Below are positions 58,174 to 64,000 of a DNA stretch of 64,000 nt, in pieces; positions within the stretch are counted from its first letter, which is position 1; the number at the start of each line of letters is the position of its first letter. The notes under the pieces were generated by a model that saw only the letters and a program-made list of their open reading frames with translations, ran no database searches and had not been told where the DNA came from. The DNA lies in assembly GCA_016712565.1 (NCBI GenBank), contig JADJQU010000033.1, positions 5,288-69,287 of the forward strand. The letters run 5' to 3'. This DNA comes from Planctomycetota bacterium (GTDB lineage Bacteria > Planctomycetota > UBA1135 > GCA-002686595). The translations under genes and the position numbers were made by a program.

Positions 58174-59030
58174 ATGCCGCGCACGGACCCCTCGACTTCC
58201 GAACTCGACTTGCGCGCCATCGCGCGCCGCGCCGCGGGTCGAGCCCTGGCCGAGCGGGGAAGCAGGCCTCGGGCCTCGGGCCCCGGGTCGCCTTCCGCCC
58301 AGTTGTTGGGCGTGCACGTGGCGGTGACACCTCCCGCCGGATCCGACACCGCCGGCGCGGCGGGCGCCGACAGGGGCGAGTCCCGACCCCACGGCGCTGG
58401 GGGAAGGCCCGGCCGCGCTCTCGTGGACGCGGAGAGCCTGCGCCAGGTGGCCGACGGCGCCGAGTTCCCCGTGCCCCCGGGGGCCCTGGTGACGGAACTG
58501 GCCCAGGAGGAAGCGCGCCGCCGCGGCATCCGTCTGGTGGCCTTCCCGGGGAGCCCGGGCGCGCGGCGTACCCGCCGGGTGGCCCTGGGGGCCGACCACG
58601 GCGGCTTCAAGCTCAAGCGTGAGATCCTGGGCTGGCTCGGCGACTTCGACGCCGTGGGCGTGGACCTGGGCACGCGCGACGAAAATCCCTGCGATTACCC
58701 GGATTTCGCCCGCGCCGTGGCCCTGGCCGTGGCCCGGGGCGAGGTGGACTTCGGCATCCTCGTCGACGGGGCGGGCATCGGCTCGGCCATGGCCGCGAAC
58801 AAGGTCCCCGGCGTGCGCGCCGCCAACTGCGTGGACGTCGCCATGGCGCGGAACGCCCGCGAGCACAATTTCGCCAACGTGTTGACCCTGGGGGCCTCGC
58901 TCCCGCGCAACACGGTCCACCAGGTGATCCATGCCTTCCTGTCCACCGACACGGGCGCGGACCGACACCGGAAGCGCGTGCAGAAAATCACCGACATCGA
59001 GCGCCATTTCGCGCCGCGGAAGCCCACGCC

Positions 59031-59034
<4 letters not shown>
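58174..59034 (+). CDS. rpiB: ribose-5-phosphate isomerase B (RpiB/LacAB family) with ~135-aa N-terminal extension
   Basis: Core [14 protein letters not shown]...[23 protein letters not shown]...[13 protein letters not shown]. The N-terminus has an amphipathic helix ([21 protein letters not shown]), a Pro/Gly/Ser/Ala-rich linker, and a ~45-aa module. Confidence 0.8.
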
Positions 59035-59915
<881 letters not shown>

Positions 59916-59948
59916 TTCGCGAAGCGTCGAGTCGGCCCGGAACGCCCT

Positions 59949-60021
59949 GGGCCCGCGGTTCGGGGCCCCTGGTTCGGGGCCCGTGGTTCGGGCGGGGGGC
60001 CCCTGGTTGGCCCGGGGTTCG
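59949..60021. repeat. 14-bp tandem repeat (GGGCCCNNGGTTCG), 3 in-phase units plus 2 degenerate
   Basis: GGGCCCGCGGTTCG, GGGCCCCTGGTTCG and GGGCCCGTGGTTCG (59949-59990), then two degenerate units to 60021. Lies in the deoC-downstream intergenic region. Confidence 0.7.
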
Positions 60022-60107
60022 GCGGGCCGCGGCGCCGGCGCCGGTGCCCGTGGTGAGCGAGTCCGGGCGAGGCCACTCAGCGGGGCCCCGGCTATCCCTG
60101 AATAGGG

Positions 60108-60710
60108 TTAGATCCCTTCGAGGCTGCCCTCGGAACCCCCTGGGAACTGGGGATTCGAGTCCTCGGCCGACTCCGCCGAAAAGATGCCCTGGGACAGGAG
60201 CCGGGCCGCGATCATGAACTCGTCGGGCTCCTCCCCGGGGATCGCCGCCACGAGCCGCACCCGGTCCGGGGACAGGCCGGAGTAGCTGACGGCCACCTGC
60301 CAGACCCTGAGCACGTCGAGGACCCGGTCTTCGAGCTTGCGGCCCGCGGGGACCTGCCAGACGAAGTCGAGACAGCCCTCAGTGACCGAATCCAGGCAGA
60401 TCTCAGGAAGTTCGCATGAATTTACTTCCCGGATCCAGGCCCCCTCGGACTTGGGGTGGAACGGCGACCCACCCCGCAGACCCCACAGCCGGGTGCCGTC
60501 GTGGGCCCGCAGGCGCCATTCCACGACGTCGATCAGGGGCGACGACAGGTCCGGGCGCGGCAGGATCAGGAGTCCGCGGTGGGCGGCCTTCATCTGGTCC
60601 AGTCGTCGCCGCCAATAGCCCGGCTCCAGCAGGAGCGGTGTGGGCGTCGGACGGCCCGTTGAACCCATTCGAGCCCCAAGCCGGCGGCCCCCGGGCTCCG
60701 AACGGGGCAT
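60108..60710 (-). CDS. hypothetical protein
   Basis: ORF with protein-like composition in its C-terminal ~165 aa. No family recognised. The start codon is uncertain (internal ATGs). GC is slightly lower than the flanks. Confidence 0.4.
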   Translation of the reverse strand: MPRSEPGGRRLGARMGSTGRPTPTPLLLEPGYWRRRLDQMKAAHRGLLILPRPDLSSPLIDVVEWRLRAHDGTRLWGLRGGSPFHPKSEGAWIREVNSCELPEICLDSVTEGCLDFVWQVPAGRKLEDRVLDVLRVWQVAVSYSGLSPDRVRLVAAIPGEEPDEFMIAARLLSQGIFSAESAEDSNPQFPGGSEGSLEGI

Positions 60711-60956
60711 TTCGCGGTGGGGCTGTAAGTCAGCCGTAATTCACTGGGGGGCAGGGATTAGGGGCGGTCGCCCCCCTGGCGTTCCCGAGCGCTGCTCCCC
60801 TATCATGCCGCCCCTTCGCCAGCGCGGCTTCTCCCGGGCGACGAAGGAACAGACGCGAGCGCCGGCCGGGCGGGGATGCCCCCGCTACGACAGACGCGCG
60901 CGACTGCCATCGCCCCCCTCCTCGGTTCTCCGATCCCCTCGGAAGGAAGCCCGGAC

Positions 60957-62387
60957 GTGCAGCAGTCCGCCATCCCCGCGCCCCCGGCGCGCCAGTGTTC
61001 CCTTGCCGTTGGCGCCGTCCTCACCGCCGGCCTGTGCGTGGGCGTGCTCCCGAAGAGCGCGGCCGCCGCCCAGGACGCCCCGAAGACCGATCCCGCCGCC
61101 GCGATCCTCATCCGCGCCGACAAGGTGATCGTGCGCCCGGGCCAGGTGCTCGAGGGCGCCAGCGTCCTGATCGAGAACGGCCTGATCACGGCGGTGGGGA
61201 AGATCCCCACGCCGCCGGAGGGCGCCCGCGAGATCCAGGGGAAGGTGGTCTGCGCCGGCTTCATCGACCCCTGGTCCGTGTTCGCCGTGGACGGCGATGC
61301 CGCCTTCGAGCAGCGCAACTCGCCGGCCATCGCGGCCAGCGACGCCCTGGACGGCTACCTGCACCCGCGGCTGGTCAAGGACGTGCTGCGCTCGGGCGTC
61401 ACCGCCGTGCGCTCCCAAGTCGGGGTCTTCGCCCGCGTGGGCGGCACGAGCACCGCGCTGCGCCTGAACCCCACGTTGCCGCTGGAGAAGACGCTGCTGT
61501 CGGGTGAAAACGCCCTGACGATGACCCTCGGAATGCGCGAAGGCGGCGGCTCCTCCGACCCCTTCGAGCGGCTGAGCGACGTGGAGCGGGTGGCGGGCAT
61601 GATCACCCAGGGGGAAGCCTACGCCCTCGACCAGGCCGAGTACGTCCACGAGCTCGCCGAGTGGAAGAAGAAGATCGCCGACAAGCAAAAGGAGCTCGAG
61701 GACGGCTTCAAGAAGGCCAAGAAGGACCGCGAGAAGGAACTGGCGGACTCCAAGGAGAAGGGCAAGGAGTTCAAGGAGAAGGAGTTCAAGGAGGACAAGG
61801 CGCCCAAGCCCCCCCGCCATGACGCGGAGAAGGAAGTGCTGGCGCGCGTGGCCGAGGGCCGCATTCCCTTGGTGGTCGAGGCGCACCGCGCCTCCCAGCT
61901 GCGGAGCCTGATGGACGCCACGGCGCCCTTCAAGCGACTGCGCCTGATCCTGGCGGGCGGCACCGATGCCCTGGAAATCGCGCCGGAGCTGGCACGCCGC
62001 CGCATCCCGGTGATCGTTTGGCCCCAGCCCATGGGCAGCGAGATCAGCCCGGAGATGGAGCGCCACGACCTGGGGCTCGCCGCCGCCCTGGAGCGCGCGG
62101 GCGTCACCGTGCTCCTGGGAAGCGGAGCGCGCAACGGCATGGCCACGCGCGACCTGCCGCTCCTGGCGGAACTCGCCGTGGGCCACGGCCTCTCGCGCGA
62201 GGCCGCCTTCTCGGCCCTGACCGTGGGCGCCGCGCGGGCCTTCGACCTCGACCGGCGCCTGGGCACGGTGGAATTCGGCAAGGAAGCCGACCTCCTGGTG
62301 CTCGACGGAGAGCCGCTGTCGGGTTCATCCCGAGTCCAGTACGTGATCTCGGCCGGCACGGTCGTGATCGCCCCGGAGGAACGCTGA
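60957..62387 (+). CDS. secreted amidohydrolase-fold protein 1 (no HxH motif; K/E-rich insertion)
   Basis: GTG at 60957, preceded by GGAAGGAAG. Signal peptide. VCAGFIDPWSV sits where the amidohydrolase GxIDxHxH motif is expected. C-terminal ADLLVLDGEPL. Lys/Glu-rich insert encoded at ~61660-61815. Confidence 0.7.
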   Translation: MQQSAIPAPPARQCSLAVGAVLTAGLCVGVLPKSAAAAQDAPKTDPAAAILIRADKVIVRPGQVLEGASVLIENGLITAVGKIPTPPEGAREIQGKVVCAGFIDPWSVFAVDGDAAFEQRNSPAIAASDALDGYLHPRLVKDVLRSGVTAVRSQVGVFARVGGTSTALRLNPTLPLEKTLLSGENALTMTLGMREGGGSSDPFERLSDVERVAGMITQGEAYALDQAEYVHELAEWKKKIADKQKELEDGFKKAKKDREKELADSKEKGKEFKEKEFKEDKAPKPPRHDAEKEVLARVAEGRIPLVVEAHRASQLRSLMDATAPFKRLRLILAGGTDALEIAPELARRRIPVIVWPQPMGSEISPEMERHDLGLAAALERAGVTVLLGSGARNGMATRDLPLLAELAVGHGLSREAAFSALTVGAARAFDLDRRLGTVEFGKEADLLVLDGEPLSGSSRVQYVISAGTVVIAPEER

Positions 62388-62389
62388 CC

Positions 62390-63472
62390 ATGATCTCACT
62401 CGCACTGACGCTCCTCTGCCTGGTCGCCCCGGGCCAATCGGACACGCTGGCGATCCAGGCCCGCACGGTTCACCTGGGGGACGGCCGCACTCTCGACCGC
62501 GGCGTCCTGATCGTCGAGCAGGGCCGCATCCGCGCCGTGTCGGGCGGCACCGAGCTGCCCAGCAGCGTGCGAGTCGTGCAGCACGACGGCGTGATCACCC
62601 CCGGGTTCGTGGCGGCCCACGACCAGTCGAGCCTGGGCGCCGAGGCCAGCGACCGCACGCGGCCCATGCTGCCCGAGCTGCGCGTGGCCGATGCCTTCGA
62701 TCCCAAGGCGAAGGACCTCGCCCTGGCCGCCCGCTGGGGCGTCACCACGGTGCTCCTGGCGCCGGGCGTCGACAACCTCGTCGGCGGCCAGACGGCGGCG
62801 GTCAAGACCCACGGCGGTCGGGTGCTGGCGCGAGCGGCCCACCTGGCGATCTCCCTTTCCTCGGCGGCGCTGCGAACCGACACGCCGCCCACGAGCCCCA
62901 TGGGCGCGGTGGCGCTGCTGGAGTCCCAGTTCGCGGCCAACGCTCCGGTCTTCGCCGAGGTGCGCGCGGGCCGCCTTCCGGTGATGATCTACGCGCCGGC
63001 GCGCCACGAACTGCTGCGTTCGGTCGAGTTCGCCACGCGCAACAAGCTGCGCGGGGCCGTGGCCGGAGCCTCGCTGGCGGGCGAGGTGCTCGAGCCGCTC
63101 AAGCTCTCCGGACTGGCCGTGGTCTTCCAGCCCTTCAGCGGCGGGGACGAAGTTCGCGAGATCCGCTCGGTGGTCGCCACGGCGGCCGCGGGCATTCCCT
63201 TCGCCTTCGCCCTGGACTCCGCTCCGGCGGGTCCGGCCGCCCTGCGCCTGTCGGCGGCCATGTGCCTGCGCGAGGGCGCGGACCGCAAGGCCCTGGAGCG
63301 GGCCCTGTTCTCGGGCGCCGCCGACATCTGCGGCGTGGGCGATCACGTCGGCCTGCTCGCGGGCGGGTACGACGCCGACTTCCTGTTGTGGAGCGGCGAT
63401 CCGCTCGACCTCACCAGCCGTCTCGAAGCCGTCTACATCGACGGCGTGCGCGTCGAAACCAAGAAGCCATGA
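62390..63472 (+). CDS. secreted amidohydrolase-fold protein 2 (no HxH motif)
   Basis: ATG 3 nt after the upstream stop. Signal peptide MISLALTLLCLVAPG. ITPGFVAAHDQ at the HxH position. C-terminal ADFLLWSGDPLD. Confidence 0.7.
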   Translation: MISLALTLLCLVAPGQSDTLAIQARTVHLGDGRTLDRGVLIVEQGRIRAVSGGTELPSSVRVVQHDGVITPGFVAAHDQSSLGAEASDRTRPMLPELRVADAFDPKAKDLALAARWGVTTVLLAPGVDNLVGGQTAAVKTHGGRVLARAAHLAISLSSAALRTDTPPTSPMGAVALLESQFAANAPVFAEVRAGRLPVMIYAPARHELLRSVEFATRNKLRGAVAGASLAGEVLEPLKLSGLAVVFQPFSGGDEVREIRSVVATAAAGIPFAFALDSAPAGPAALRLSAAMCLREGADRKALERALFSGAADICGVGDHVGLLAGGYDADFLLWSGDPLDLTSRLEAVYIDGVRVETKKP

Positions 63473-64000
63473 GCCCGAAGACCCTCATCCAAGTGGCGCT
63501 GGGCCTGTGCCTCGCGCAAGCGGCCGCCTTCGGCCAGGGCGCGAAGCAGGAGACCTCCGACGACTGGAGCGTGTTCGCCGATCAGGTGTTCACCTCCGAG
63601 GGCGAGGTGTTCCAGAACGCCCTGGTGCGCGTCCAGGACGGCAAGATCGTGGCCATCACGCCCGGCGCCAGCGCGGGCAGTTCCGACTCGAGCCTGCGGG
63701 CCGCCGCCATGACCGCGGGCATGATCGACCTCTCGGCGCGCATCGACCTGGGTTTCGGGTCGGTGGAGCAGGGGCGCGAAATCACGCCCAACGCGCGCGT
63801 GGCCGATGCGCTCGACCTGTTCAGCGAGGAATGGACGCGCGTGGCGAAGGGGGGCGTGACCACGGTGCTGGCCAACCCCTCCGACTACAACGTGATCGGG
63901 GGACTCGGACTGGCGCTCAAGACCGCCGGGCCCCGCAGCGTGCTCCAGCGCACGGTCAAGGCCGACGCCGTGCTGCGCGGCGCCATCGGCACCCAGCCCT
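63469..64000 (+). CDS. secreted amidohydrolase-fold protein 3, 3'-truncated by window end
   Basis: ATGA overlap with the upstream gene. Signal peptide LIQVALGLCLAQAAAFG. TAGMIDLSARID at the HxH position. It is open to the window edge, so it is absent from the ORF track. Confidence 0.65.
   Translation, partial: MSPKTLIQVALGLCLAQAAAFGQGAKQETSDDWSVFADQVFTSEGEVFQNALVRVQDGKIVAITPGASAGSSDSSLRAAAMTAGMIDLSARIDLGFGSVEQGREITPNARVADALDLFSEEWTRVAKGGVTTVLANPSDYNVIGGLGLALKTAGPRSVLQRTVKADAVLRGAIGTQP

Noticed and set aside
59949-60021. Tandem repeats as a possible CRISPR array
   Set aside because: The units are 14 bp and directly adjacent with no spacers. There are only about 5 copies and no cas genes.
60090-60115. 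CCCTGAATAGGGTTAG as a possible second copy of the palindromic element end (CATGAATAGGTCGGGCTAG)
   Set aside because: Only the 8-mer TGAATAGG is shared, there is no inverted partner nearby, and this is most likely chance.

Overview
This is a 64 kb window of very GC-rich (about 70% by eye) bacterial chromosome. It is densely coding, with about 57 protein genes on both strands and many 1-22 nt start/stop overlaps (ATGA, TGATG, GTGA). I found no rRNA, tRNA, CRISPR array, transposase, integrase or phage genes. Content is mostly core metabolism and envelope functions:
- a two-gene NAD synthetase (nitrilase-like protein + NadE)
- MoxR ATPase
- an envelope glycosylation/MltA operon
- an OmpR/heavy-metal-type two-component system
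- a persulfide dioxygenase-rhodanese fusion divergent from ChrA
- a three-gene phospholipid operon
- proline iminopeptidase, a long transketolase-like enzyme and a PAS-GGDEF cyclase
- KorAB plus a GltD-like/ferredoxin fusion
- a nucleoside catabolism cluster (deoB, deoA, nupC, PNP), with rpiB-deoC 8 kb further on
- RF3
- three tandem amidohydrolase-fold genes
The ThuA/PVC-type heme-binding giant gene and the many lipobox or signal-peptide proteins fit a Planctomycetota/PVC-like or similar Gram-negative lineage. Taxonomy cannot be assigned from this sequence alone.
I did not see an obvious defence or mobile system. The points most worth a second look are:
1. An unannotated ~140-aa four-cysteine C-terminal domain shared by three unrelated secreted beta-propeller-like proteins.
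2. RpiB and DeoC both carry similar N-terminal amphipathic-helix extensions that resemble microcompartment encapsulation peptides, yet no shell genes are in the window.
3. A 182-bp perfect-ended palindromic element lies between two convergent genes and includes both stop codons.
4. Two distant copies of a ~77-aa acidic protein of unknown function.
5. One Trp-to-TAG nonsense codon inside a conserved HWDG repeat.
6. Ten frameshifts are confined to three genes, while about 53 neighbouring genes are intact.
All functional calls come from motif and family recognition by eye. No database search was run.
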